Assembly: GCA_963831235.1 (NCBI GenBank)
Contig: CAWHPS010000038.1
Span: 75,104-107,103 of the forward strand
Direction of reading: 5' to 3'
DNA from: an uncultured Fibrobacterota bacterium
GTDB lineage: Bacteria; Fibrobacterota; OXYB2-FULL-49-7; JAEUSG01
Length of the DNA: 32,000 nucleotides
Numbering within the stretch: the stretch's first letter is position 1; the number at the start of each line of letters is the position of its first letter. The notes beneath the pieces were generated by a model. It was not told the DNA's origin, did no database searches, and saw only the letters and a list, made by a program, of their open reading frames with translations. Below, piece after piece: positions 9,701-18,788 of this stretch. Made by a program: the position numbers and the translations under genes.

Positions 9701-11334
9701 CAAACCACATAACGCCTGAAACAATAAGCAATTTTCTAAACGGCCGCATCGATTCCGATGTTTCGGACATGCTTTTGCATATCAAAACCTGTCCTGAATG
9801 CAGGCGCGAATTTGATCTTACTTTAATGTCCGACGAATTGCTGTTATCAAAGGAAGAAGATAAATCCGATATCAGGCATACATTATCCGACGCGGAATGG
9901 AACGCTGCTTTTGACAATGCCTGGGAAAAATCAGATGTCAAACATAAGAAAAACGTAACTGTTCAGGTATCTTCCCGGCCCCTCGATACACCAGCCGGTT
10001 GCCGAGTGTCCGCCGCAGGCGGATGTATCGAGGCACCCGGCTGGCACACCTCGACAAGCTCGGTGCATCGCTCGGAGACCGGCAAGACACCTGAACAGTT
10101 GCAGAAAACCAACAAAATAATCAGGTTTCACAGGGCTTTTTATGCCTTGGCCGCCTCAATAATTGTATTAATCGGCGGCTATATTGCCTTAAAGCCTGTC
10201 CCAATAGTTGAAAACAGGGTTACGGCCATTAATATACCTGAAGTAAAACACATAAGTCAAAGCAGTCTGTCAAGGCAACTACGGATAAGTCATAATACAA
10301 GTGCTCTTGTTTCCGGGGAATCGGATATCCGTTTAACAAAAAATACGGATTCTTTGGTTTCATCTGAACTTACCATGGGTTCCGCTCTTTTCAGCGTTGA
10401 GCCGCATCATTATAAATCCTTCAAGGTCAATACCCCAGATGCTGAAATTACTGTTACAGGCACTGTTTTTGATGTCTTAATAAGTGAAAATGTCACCCGA
10501 GTTTCCGTAATCCGTGGTAGTGTATCTGTTTTTTACAAGTCTTTAAAAGAAAAGATAATGCTTTCCAAAGACGAAATAGCAATTCCGGATAAAGGCCATA
10601 TTAATATCAAACATCTAACCCCTGAAGAAAAGGCTGCCATAAATGCGAATCTGGATAAAATTACATCTTCAATCCTAGAGGAAAATCAAACGCCCTTGCG
10701 CCGGATTGTTGAACAGGTGCCAAAAGTACCATTCGAGATGGTTTTGGAGCAGAAACTCAATCTTGGTTTGCAAAGTATTGGAAAAAATGATTTCAGTGCA
10801 GCACAAGGATATTTTAGCGAAGTTAAATCATCCGGTCTCAAAAACAGCACGGTACAAACAGCATATTTTGAATCCGCATTGATGCAATTGAACAAGCTTG
10901 GTAATATCGACGAGGGTATTAAAGGGCTTGAGGAGTATCTAAACCTTTTTGATAATGGCCTTTACACTGAAGAAGCCCTGGTCGAGCTTGTTTCCGTGAA
11001 CAGAAAACTTGGCAAAACGGATAAGGTTATTCAATACGAGAAGAAATACGCTTCTGCCTTTATAGATAAAAATTATTCACATGATTTTGTATATGAAGCG
11101 GCAACTCTTTTAAGGGAAACAAAAAAAGATTATAAAGAAGCAGCCGGAACTTATGCGATTTTTATAGAGCGTTATCCCAAGGACTACCGAACTGAAGACG
11201 CGATTTTCTGGATGGGCAAATGTCATTGGCTTGCTGAAAACAAGACCCCGGCCAGGGTTATTTTCAATGACTATCTTAAAAAATATCCTGAAGGCCGATG
11301 GGTCAGTGAAATCAAATCCAATCTACAACAATGA
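9697..11334 (+). CDS. Anti-sigma factor: zinc-finger-like N-terminus, single TM, FecR-like domain, TPR repeats
   Basis: N-terminal 'HIKTCPECRREFDLTLMS' (zf-HC2-like), TM 'AFYALAASIIVLIGGYIAL', FecR-like 'HYKSFKVNTPDAEITVTGTVFDVLISENVTRVSVIRGSVSVFY', C-terminal TPRs. The ATGA overlap with the sigma-factor stop suggests translational coupling. Confidence 0.82.
   Translation: MTNHITPETISNFLNGRIDSDVSDMLLHIKTCPECRREFDLTLMSDELLLSKEEDKSDIRHTLSDAEWNAAFDNAWEKSDVKHKKNVTVQVSSRPLDTPAGCRVSAAGGCIEAPGWHTSTSSVHRSETGKTPEQLQKTNKIIRFHRAFYALAASIIVLIGGYIALKPVPIVENRVTAINIPEVKHISQSSLSRQLRISHNTSALVSGESDIRLTKNTDSLVSSELTMGSALFSVEPHHYKSFKVNTPDAEITVTGTVFDVLISENVTRVSVIRGSVSVFYKSLKEKIMLSKDEIAIPDKGHINIKHLTPEEKAAINANLDKITSSILEENQTPLRRIVEQVPKVPFEMVLEQKLNLGLQSIGKNDFSAAQGYFSEVKSSGLKNSTVQTAYFESALMQLNKLGNIDEGIKGLEEYLNLFDNGLYTEEALVELVSVNRKLGKTDKVIQYEKKYASAFIDKNYSHDFVYEAATLLRETKKDYKEAAGTYAIFIERYPKDYRTEDAIFWMGKCHWLAENKTPARVIFNDYLKKYPEGRWVSEIKSNLQQ
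9981..10080. repeat. GC-rich palindromic segment apparently inserted in frame within the anti-sigma CDS
   Basis: CCTCGATACA (9981-9990)/TGTATCGAGG (10024-10033); CCAGCCGG (9991-9998)/CCGGCTGG (10037-10044); TCCGCC-GCA-GGCGGA (10009-10023); then CTCGACAAGCTCGGTGCATCGCTCGG. The composition is clearly unlike the surrounding AT-rich coding sequence. Confidence 0.65.
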
Positions 11335-12899
11335 TTTATAAATATCTGTTACTATTTTCCATTGCATTCATGATAATCGGCTGTAATCACGACAGAAACA
11401 ACCCTTTTGACCCTGGCGCAACCAATCATGTCATGCTTATTGTCCCGCAGGATTTTACAGGTCAACCAATAACCCCAACATCAATTAAATTAAACTGGAA
11501 TGGCAGCAACACACGAACTGATGGTTATGTTGTACTTAGGGGATTGTCAGAAAACATGATGTCTGTTTATGCGGTATTGGGTGTTAATAGGAAATCATTT
11601 ATTGACACAAATTGTCTTCCATATACTGTTTACTATTACAAAGCAGGAGCATTTGACAAGCTTAACGACACAGCATACGAAGGCAATACAATCCGAGTAA
11701 GGACCCTTTATAGAACACCACTTGATATGCCGGTTGTTCCGCTCCTGTCTCCTCCTTCAGGTTTTTTTATTGAACGTAATTCAGCTACTACTGTTAAGTT
11801 AAGTTGGCTTGAAACCGGTCTTGCAGGAATAAAAGGAGTTATTCTTGAAAAGGGTCTTAATCCTGGCAATATTGGTTATTTAATCCATAAAGAGGATACA
11901 ACAAGGTCTATTATTGATTCTATTTCATCGGATTTGGCCATCTATTACAGTCTTAGAAAATTTGACACAACATATTTTGGTGTTTCGAGTGCAATAATTG
12001 ATTCTGTAAAACCATTTGTAAGACCTGAACAGCTTAAATTGAATTTCTCAACTGACAATATAATCCATGTTTCATGGAAAGGAACGGAATCCAATACAGA
12101 TAGTATATGTTTGGAAAAGAAATCCGGTACTAATTCATGGTCAAATCGAGTCAGGCTTCCGAGGGGAGCAACGGTTTTTTCAGACTCTGCAATATCATCA
12201 TACACAACTTTCTATTACAGGGCCTATTCGTTTTCCGGAACAGAAAAAACTCCATACTCGAATCAGGATTCAGTCTTCTTACCCGGAGTTTTACCCCCTT
12301 CTGCGGATACCTCCACACTTTTATGCTGGAATTTTGATGAAATATCGGGTTCAACAGTATTGGATGATTCCAAATATCACAGGAACGGTGTTTTTCAGGA
12401 TTCTATTCGAGTTGCCGGCAAGTTTGGCCGAGCCATATTTTTAAAAGATTCATCCTATGTGACATCATCCATACCAATGGATTTCTCCGGCACATCATTA
12501 TCTGTTGAGTTTTGGATTAAGCCATGGGTGGTTCTTGATAGCTTAACGGATAGGACAGGTTTAATGATGACCATAAATGGGCCAATTACGATTTATTATT
12601 ATCATGGCCGCATTATTGCGGATTTTGTAGCTTATGGTAATGTGGTGCATTCGGTATTTGCGGATTGTTCATTTTCGCCTAATAAATGGTCCCAGATCAT
12701 GGTTGTTTTCTCGAATAATAAGATAAAGATTTATGTAAACTGTGTTCTTGTTGGCATGCAACCGGCCAATTTTACAACAATTCTTACAGCGGCTGGTTTA
12801 TATTTCGGGAAAGCAAAAATTTTGAACATGAACAAGTATTATGATGGTTATGTAGATGGGTTAAGAATTAAAAATAATCCGGATGAAATATTTAAGTGA
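11331..12899 (+). CDS. Lipoprotein with fibronectin-III-like and LamG/concanavalin-A-like domains
   Basis: Lipobox 'AFMIIGCNHD'; FN3-like 'ITPTSIKLNWNGSNTRTDGYVVLRG'; LamG-like 'LLCWNFDEISGSTVLDDSKYHRNGVFQDSIRVAGKFGRAIFL...SLSVEFWIKPW...NKWSQIMVVFSNNKIKIYVNCVLVG'. ATGA overlap with the upstream gene. Confidence 0.83.
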   Translation: MIYKYLLLFSIAFMIIGCNHDRNNPFDPGATNHVMLIVPQDFTGQPITPTSIKLNWNGSNTRTDGYVVLRGLSENMMSVYAVLGVNRKSFIDTNCLPYTVYYYKAGAFDKLNDTAYEGNTIRVRTLYRTPLDMPVVPLLSPPSGFFIERNSATTVKLSWLETGLAGIKGVILEKGLNPGNIGYLIHKEDTTRSIIDSISSDLAIYYSLRKFDTTYFGVSSAIIDSVKPFVRPEQLKLNFSTDNIIHVSWKGTESNTDSICLEKKSGTNSWSNRVRLPRGATVFSDSAISSYTTFYYRAYSFSGTEKTPYSNQDSVFLPGVLPPSADTSTLLCWNFDEISGSTVLDDSKYHRNGVFQDSIRVAGKFGRAIFLKDSSYVTSSIPMDFSGTSLSVEFWIKPWVVLDSLTDRTGLMMTINGPITIYYYHGRIIADFVAYGNVVHSVFADCSFSPNKWSQIMVVFSNNKIKIYVNCVLVGMQPANFTTILTAAGLYFGKAKILNMNKYYDGYVDGLRIKNNPDEIFK

Positions 12900-12945
12900 G
12901 AGTGTCTAATGGAACTATGGGTTTAAAATAGAAAAAGGGGGCTTT

Positions 12946-15501
12946 GTGTTTTTTAGGTTAATTGTGGTTATTGGGGTGGTTGTTTGCAATCTGGTTTTTG
13001 GCGCGGACTCGACATATTTTACGGTTGATGAGAATACGGTAGCGTTATGGCGGTTTAATGAGGGATCGGGGAATGTGTTATATGATGAGAGTGGGAATAG
13101 TCATCATGGGGTACTGAGCCCTGGAATTGAGAGAGAAGCTGGTAAATATGGTGGCTCAGTTAATATTGTAAACGATAATCAATATATATCAGTTCCAAAT
13201 GTTTTAACTTTCAATAATTCGCATAGATTTAAAATTGAAGCAATTGTTAACTTTCCAGCCTATAATTCCAATGTTACCTATCCAATATTCGAGGTGAGTC
13301 AAAATGGAATAAATGACAGCTTAGCAATAGCTTTTTGCGTAGGGGTTGATTATGAAAAAGTTTTAGCGTTGGCAACATATGGTATTTATGGAAATGGGCT
13401 GAATGCGACGACTACCAGAATTAAAGCACCACTAAATGATGATTTTTTTAATAAGTGGGTTAAAGTAGGAGCCGAATATGACAATGGAATAAGGAAATTA
13501 TTTATTAATGATTCATTGGTTGCGATAGATACCGTAAGTCCTATAACAAAGTTTCCTGGGCAATATGTTACATTAATTGGCAATGATATGCATAATGCAT
13601 CTTCTTGGTATTTTGCTGGTTTTATTGATGAAATAAAAATATCCGGATTGAAAAATGAGACCAATTACTTCGCAGTTGATTCTAATACAAAGGCACTTTG
13701 GCGATTTAACGAGCAATCTGGCACCATAATTGTTGATGAGAGCGGGAATAATAATAATGGAATAATAAGTCAAGGTGTATTAAGGGATACAGGAAAATAT
13801 GATGGTTCTGTATATATTGGCCATGACAGTGAATATATATCAGTTCCCAATGTTTTAACTTTAGACAATTCACACAGATTTAAGATAGAAGCGGTTGTAA
13901 ATTTTCCATCATATAATTCCAATGCAACTTATCCGATATTTATGACAAGTCAGAATGGAATTAATGATAGTCTTGCCATAGCATTTTGTGTAGGTATTGA
14001 TCATGAGAAAGTATTATCATTGGTAACATATGGTCTTTATGGCAATGATCTGAATACAACAACAAGTAGAATTAAGGCACCACTTAATAATGATTTCTTT
14101 AATAAATGGGTTGAGGTAGGCGCAGAATATGATAATGGGATAAGAAAATTATTTATTAATGATTCTTTAATCGCAATAGATACTGTAAGTCCTATAACAA
14201 AGTTCCCTGGACAATGTGTTACCCTAATTGGCAATGATATGCATAATGCTGATTCTTGGCGGTTTGAAGGGTTTATTGATGAAATTAAGGTTTCTACAAT
14301 GGTGCCTACATGGAATTCTCAATTACCTGTTTTTATTTCCAGGCCCGACACCGTTATGTATGAAGGGCGCCAATTCACATATATTATAAAAACATCAAAC
14401 CCGGACAAAGATTCTATAACTTTATCCTTGAATATCAATCCAATGCTAAATCTTGAGTTAAATCATGACACATTAATCTTTAAACCAGATTCTGACCAGA
14501 TTGGTTTGCATGTTATATCCATAATGGCTTCAGATAAAGACAATCATTGTTCTGTCCAAACATTTATATTAGAAGTTAAAAGACGTTCATCAGGTATCGG
14601 TTTTGTCACGTTACTACCAACAAATGATACGACTATTACGGAAACAGATACGCTTTACTTTAAAGCAATTGCTGAAAGTAAGAATACAAGCTATATACCT
14701 GTTTATCAATGGCAGATTGATGGTACCATTATCAGTAATAGTTCCCTTTGTACTCTAAGAACAGATTATAGGTCCTCTGGATTACACATCGTAAAAGTGA
14801 CAGCGTTTGCAAACTCTGAGTTTATTGATCATGAATGGCGGATTACTGTTAATAATCGTATTTGCAAACCTAGTATAGTTTCACCAGTAAGTGAAGGAAT
14901 TGTTACAGGTGATAGTTCTTTTTCATGGAGTTTTGAGGATCCTGATTTTGATAGTCTATCAACTTATTATAAAATTCAATTCTATAAAGGAATAAATGGT
15001 GACACATTAATTGGATCAGTTGATTCAATTAATGCGACAAGAATTTTGCTAAGTGATTTGGTTAAATTTATCTCTCTCCCTTTAAAAAGGATGCTATCCT
15101 GGAAAATAATGGCGTTCAAGAAAGGTAGTGAGTCACCATTTAGTAATATTCAATGGTTTTTCATTGATCAGATAATTAGTGTTGAAAATGTGTCTGATGC
15201 TTTACCAATAGAATACTCATTACAGCAGAATTACCCTAATCCATTCAATCCTTCAACTTCTATCAAATTTGCAATCCCTGCTTCAAGTGGAAATTTAAAA
15301 GAACAAGCAAATATAGAAATATTTTCCACAAAAGGTGAGTTGGTTCGGAAATTTATTTTAAAGGATCTTGAACCTGGATATCATACAATCAATTGGAATG
15401 GTTATGATATGCTAGGAAGAATCTGCCCAAACGGATTGTACTTTTATAGAATTCAGTCGGGAACATTTTTTAAAACTATGAGGATGATCTTTTTAAAATA
15501 G
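12946..15501 (+). CDS. Secreted protein with two tandem LamG domains, Ig-like region and Por/T9SS-like C-terminal tail
   Basis: Two copies of 'ALWRFNEgSG..DESGN.H.G.....KY.GSV.I' about 217 aa apart. C-terminus 'EYSLQQNYPNPFNPSTSIKFAIP...GLYFYRIQSGTFFKTMRMIFLK'. Confidence 0.88.
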   Translation: MFFRLIVVIGVVVCNLVFGADSTYFTVDENTVALWRFNEGSGNVLYDESGNSHHGVLSPGIEREAGKYGGSVNIVNDNQYISVPNVLTFNNSHRFKIEAIVNFPAYNSNVTYPIFEVSQNGINDSLAIAFCVGVDYEKVLALATYGIYGNGLNATTTRIKAPLNDDFFNKWVKVGAEYDNGIRKLFINDSLVAIDTVSPITKFPGQYVTLIGNDMHNASSWYFAGFIDEIKISGLKNETNYFAVDSNTKALWRFNEQSGTIIVDESGNNNNGIISQGVLRDTGKYDGSVYIGHDSEYISVPNVLTLDNSHRFKIEAVVNFPSYNSNATYPIFMTSQNGINDSLAIAFCVGIDHEKVLSLVTYGLYGNDLNTTTSRIKAPLNNDFFNKWVEVGAEYDNGIRKLFINDSLIAIDTVSPITKFPGQCVTLIGNDMHNADSWRFEGFIDEIKVSTMVPTWNSQLPVFISRPDTVMYEGRQFTYIIKTSNPDKDSITLSLNINPMLNLELNHDTLIFKPDSDQIGLHVISIMASDKDNHCSVQTFILEVKRRSSGIGFVTLLPTNDTTITETDTLYFKAIAESKNTSYIPVYQWQIDGTIISNSSLCTLRTDYRSSGLHIVKVTAFANSEFIDHEWRITVNNRICKPSIVSPVSEGIVTGDSSFSWSFEDPDFDSLSTYYKIQFYKGINGDTLIGSVDSINATRILLSDLVKFISLPLKRMLSWKIMAFKKGSESPFSNIQWFFIDQIISVENVSDALPIEYSLQQNYPNPFNPSTSIKFAIPASSGNLKEQANIEIFSTKGELVRKFILKDLEPGYHTINWNGYDMLGRICPNGLYFYRIQSGTFFKTMRMIFLK
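13017..14315 (+). repeat. Internal tandem duplication of a LamG unit, period 651 bp
   Basis: The TGG codon of 'LWRFNE' occurs near 13048 and 13699, and the TGG of 'NKW' near 13456 and 14107, giving the same offset of 651 bp. Long stretches are near-identical at DNA level, for example 'gataccgtaagtcctataacaaagtt(t/c)cctgg'. Confidence 0.85.
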
Positions 15502-15508
15502 CATTTGG

Positions 15509-15530
15509 ATTAATTCTATTTAGAATTAAT
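15509..15530. terminator. AT-rich stem-loop downstream of the LamG gene
   Basis: ATTAATTCT-ATTT-AGAATTAAT, a 9-bp perfect stem with a 4-nt loop shortly after the stop codon. Confidence 0.35.
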
Positions 15531-15600
15531 TTGTGTCCATACCGGAAATGAATATATGAGTTGCTTGGGTCAATAGACGAAAATATATTTTAACTTTAAA

Positions 15601-16704
15601 GTGAGGTGTTTTATGAGATGCCAGAAATTACTAATTAGTTGTCTTTTCTTAATGTCATTTTCTATTAGTTTTACCCGTTGTTCTTCACAAAAAGAGAAAT
15701 CATTGAACCCTGTAACTTCGCAATCAAGTGGACAAATGGTTTTTAAAATGCCGATTAATAAAGCTGCTACGAATGGAGTTGAAGTCGACAGTATATTTGT
15801 CGCGATTACTGGTCCATCAAATCTTCAAGGAACCCTGGCAATAATTTCTGATTCTGCATTTGGGAATTTCGCTGGTTTGTTACCAGGTTCTTATCAAGTT
15901 ATAATTAAGGCATACGGACAAAATGGTGTTGAAGTTGCTTCTGGTCTTGCGCAGGCAGAAGTAAAACCAGGGCAAACAACAAAGGTAAGTATCACAATGA
16001 TAATTAAGTTGGGTGCATTACAAATATCAGCATCATGGGTTTATGAAGAAACAACCAATAATGATTTGATAGCATTTTACCCTTTTAACGGCAATGCAAA
16101 TGATAGTAGCAATAATCATCATAATGGTGTTGTTTCAGGGGCTACACTTATTCAGGACCGGTTTGGTAATGAGAATGGTGCTTATTATTTCGATGGAATT
16201 GATGATGAAATTAGAATTTCAAATCCTTTCGATTCATGCATATCAAATAAAACACCAATTTCAATAGTTGTATGGGTTAAAACAAAGTCAACCAAAGATG
16301 CATCAGGTATTGTAACACAACATTCCGCTTGCTTAGGGACGAATGACCACAACTATTTTATCGTTTTATACGGAACAGATTATAATTATGGCCCATCTTT
16401 ACAGGCGACTTTTTTTAGTGCGCCACGTTTGAATACAAGCAGTTTATGTATTTTGGACAATCAATGGCACCAAATTGCAGCAGTATATGATGGTACGACT
16501 TCTAAAATGTATATTGATGGTTCGCTGAAAGACTCTTTATCTGTTAGTCCAGAATCAGCTTTTGAAGCGGATAAGGATTTAGTTATAGGGGCTTTCAATA
16601 GTTCAAGTTGCTATTGGACCAATTGTAGATTTGAAGGTGCAATAGATGATGTAAAAATCTTTAAAAGAGCACTTTCAATTGATGATATTATAGGACAGCT
16701 ATAA
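15601..16704 (+). CDS. LamG-domain lipoprotein
   Basis: Signal/lipobox-like 'SFSISFTRCSS'; LamG-like 'LIAFYPFNGNANDSSNNHHNGVVSGATLIQDRFGNENGAYYFDGIDDEIRI...VWVKTKS...QWHQIAAVYDGTTSKMYIDGSLKDS'. Confidence 0.85.
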   Translation: MRCFMRCQKLLISCLFLMSFSISFTRCSSQKEKSLNPVTSQSSGQMVFKMPINKAATNGVEVDSIFVAITGPSNLQGTLAIISDSAFGNFAGLLPGSYQVIIKAYGQNGVEVASGLAQAEVKPGQTTKVSITMIIKLGALQISASWVYEETTNNDLIAFYPFNGNANDSSNNHHNGVVSGATLIQDRFGNENGAYYFDGIDDEIRISNPFDSCISNKTPISIVVWVKTKSTKDASGIVTQHSACLGTNDHNYFIVLYGTDYNYGPSLQATFFSAPRLNTSSLCILDNQWHQIAAVYDGTTSKMYIDGSLKDSLSVSPESAFEADKDLVIGAFNSSSCYWTNCRFEGAIDDVKIFKRALSIDDIIGQL

Positions 16705-16728
16705 AGCTCAGATTACTAGAGGGAATAC

Positions 16729-17301
16729 ATGGGGAATGTGAATAATAAGTTTAAATTAAACTTGGGATGTGGAGATGATATTCGAACTGAATATGTAAAC
16801 CTTGATATTGTTTCTATGCCAGGTGTAGACGTGGTTCACGATCTTAGAGTCACTCCACTTCCTTTCCAGGAAAACGAATTTGAAGAAATATTTACTTCAC
16901 ATTGCCTTGAACATCTACCAAATTTTGTAGATATAATGCAAGAGTTATGGAGAATTACAAAACCCAATGGAATTATTGACATTTATGTACCATATTTTGC
17001 AAGTGAATTGGCTTTCCGTGATCCAACACACGTTAATTTTTTTACATATAAGACATTTACTAATTGGATTATTCGAAAAGAATATACAACGCATCTTGGC
17101 AAAACAATGCGATTTAAGATATTAAAGAGGAAGATTTCTTTTTTTGGAGGTAATCCGAAGCGGTGGTGGAATTTCTTGGTTAAATTTATTAATATTCCAT
17201 TAAGTTTTCCTGTTAATCTTTTTCCAGTAATCTTTGAACGGTTTTTCTGTTTTGTGTATCCATGTACCAATATTCATTATAGGCTTCAAGTTATAAAATA
17301 A
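16729..17301 (+). CDS. Class I SAM-dependent methyltransferase
   Basis: 'KLNLGCGDDIRTEYVNLDIVSMPGVDVVHDL' SAM-binding motif and 'FEEIFTSHCLEHLPNFVDIMQELWRITKPNGIIDIYVPYF'. Confidence 0.88.
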   Translation: MGNVNNKFKLNLGCGDDIRTEYVNLDIVSMPGVDVVHDLRVTPLPFQENEFEEIFTSHCLEHLPNFVDIMQELWRITKPNGIIDIYVPYFASELAFRDPTHVNFFTYKTFTNWIIRKEYTTHLGKTMRFKILKRKISFFGGNPKRWWNFLVKFINIPLSFPVNLFPVIFERFFCFVYPCTNIHYRLQVIK

Positions 17302-17613
17302 TTGTGCAGAAAAAAGCGGAACAGTCCCAACAAGGAACGATAATTGACTTGGTGCTTGGAATGTAGAGATAAGGACGAAATCCGGTGCAAAGATAAACTT
17401 AATTAAAAATGCACAAGGCGTAACGGCACCAGATTAAAGGCATACGTATTCGATTGCTAAAATATACCATGAAGAACGGCGCCACAAATCACTTAACTGA
17501 AAAGCATAATCCGTAATGGCCCCGAAAAGCAAAAGAGAAAGAAGATGTTTAGGAGAAAGATCACCAATTAAAAGACAATTTTAAAAGTAGGCGACCACGT
17601 TAACAGAGGTTTT

Positions 17614-18510
17614 ATGAATAGAATAGTGATAATAGTTTTTGCTATAACAGTTATTGGTCAGTGTCGGGATTTTTTCCCATCTGAAAATGGTAATTGGTGG
17701 ATATATAAGATAGTTGCCTATTCTGGATCTCCAGTTTATGATGTGTTTAATGGATATAAAATTATGAATAAATCTGCATGTAAAGGTGAAGAATGTCAAA
17801 ACTATGATTCTTTGATGACGAGAAATTTATTTAGTGCTCATGATTTGACAAGGCTTGCAGAATTTATGGAAAGTAATTCCCCAACAGATACTGCTACCGC
17901 GGCAATAAAAGGCAATAAAATATGGCTTTACAAGACCGGCGAGTCCGTTTGTTATAGACCTAATTTAGGAGATTGGACAATTGACTGGAATTTATTTCCA
18001 TTTTATCATATTTATGATTCCTCTTATAATTTATCAGATAGTTGTGGAACCAAGTATAGTCTGGCTAATGATCTTAGCGACACAATTGAAAGCATTCCAA
18101 GTAGTGCAGAATGGTTTAAGGCTGTTACAAATATTGGCATGGTTAACAGTGGTTTCTATTGTAAAGATGTGAATTGCATCATTGGAAGGATTGAAAGAAC
18201 TTTACTTCTGACATCATTACTTGGTGATACACTTCCGACATTGATATTAGAGAAACGAATCGAATCTATGCCATCTATGTTTTCTATTCACCCGAATCCT
18301 TGTTATGGAAATGTTTTTATAACATCACCATTTGCCAGTTTTCAAGTATTTGTTTATGATGTTTCAGGCAAAATGGTGTTTAGCTCAAAGAACATAGGAA
18401 AAATCAGGGCTGTTTCATGGGACACGATAAAGATGGCTCAAGGAATATATTTAGTTAAGGTCGTTAATGAGAAAGCCACTTATTTGTCAAAGATATTTGT
18501 TATAAAATAA
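17614..18510 (+). CDS. Secreted protein with Por/T9SS-like C-terminal sorting domain, unknown N-terminal domain
   Basis: N-terminal signal peptide; C-terminus 'MFSIHPNPCYGNVFITSPFASFQVFVYDVSGKMVFSS...VSWDTIKMAQGIYLVKVVNEKATYLSKIFVIK'. Confidence 0.78.
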   Translation: MNRIVIIVFAITVIGQCRDFFPSENGNWWIYKIVAYSGSPVYDVFNGYKIMNKSACKGEECQNYDSLMTRNLFSAHDLTRLAEFMESNSPTDTATAAIKGNKIWLYKTGESVCYRPNLGDWTIDWNLFPFYHIYDSSYNLSDSCGTKYSLANDLSDTIESIPSSAEWFKAVTNIGMVNSGFYCKDVNCIIGRIERTLLLTSLLGDTLPTLILEKRIESMPSMFSIHPNPCYGNVFITSPFASFQVFVYDVSGKMVFSSKNIGKIRAVSWDTIKMAQGIYLVKVVNEKATYLSKIFVIK

Positions 18511-18618
18511 CGTATTGTCAATTTATCGATTTGTCAAATTTGAATTCTCTGCCGGAAGGTAACGAAAGAGCGCAGTTTTGCAGAGTGGCGTGAAATGCGG
18601 TGTCGCCTTATGTGGAGG

Positions 18619-18636
18619 TGTTTACAATTGTAAACA
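18619..18636. promoter_or_regulatory. 18-bp perfect palindrome, candidate operator
   Basis: TGTTTACAATTGTAAACA equals its own reverse complement and contains the TACAnnTGTA core described for BlaI/MecI/CopY-family operators. It lies in the 278-nt intergenic region upstream of the 18789 CDS. Confidence 0.4.
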
Positions 18637-18673
18637 ATGGTTCGGTTCGCGAAAGGAAAAAGGCAGAAAAACA

Positions 18674-18693
18674 GCCGCCCATCCATGGGCGGC
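18674..18693. repeat. GC-rich hairpin in intergenic region
   Basis: GCCGCCCAT-CC-ATGGGCGGC. The 12-mer CCATCCATGGGC recurs at about 19884-19895 in the next intergenic region. Confidence 0.5.
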
Positions 18694-18788
18694 AAGAAAT
18701 CATGCCCAAGGAACAATTTAAATAAGAACAAACTCGGTTCCAAATATTGTATTAAGTTGACAATAATTTTATTAAAAGAGGAGTCCTT

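Noticed and set aside
9931-10131. 66-aa minus-strand ORF opposite the palindromic segment
   Set aside because: Antisense shadow ORF over the repeat inside a well-supported plus-strand CDS.
12067-12444. 125-aa plus-strand ORF inside the 11331 LamG lipoprotein gene
   Set aside because: Out-of-frame overlap with a gene that has clear domain evidence; shadow ORF.
13386-14234. Several minus-strand ORFs (13386-13664, 13573-13773, 14037-14234)
   Set aside because: They are antisense to the LamG gene, and two resemble each other only because the plus-strand domain is duplicated.
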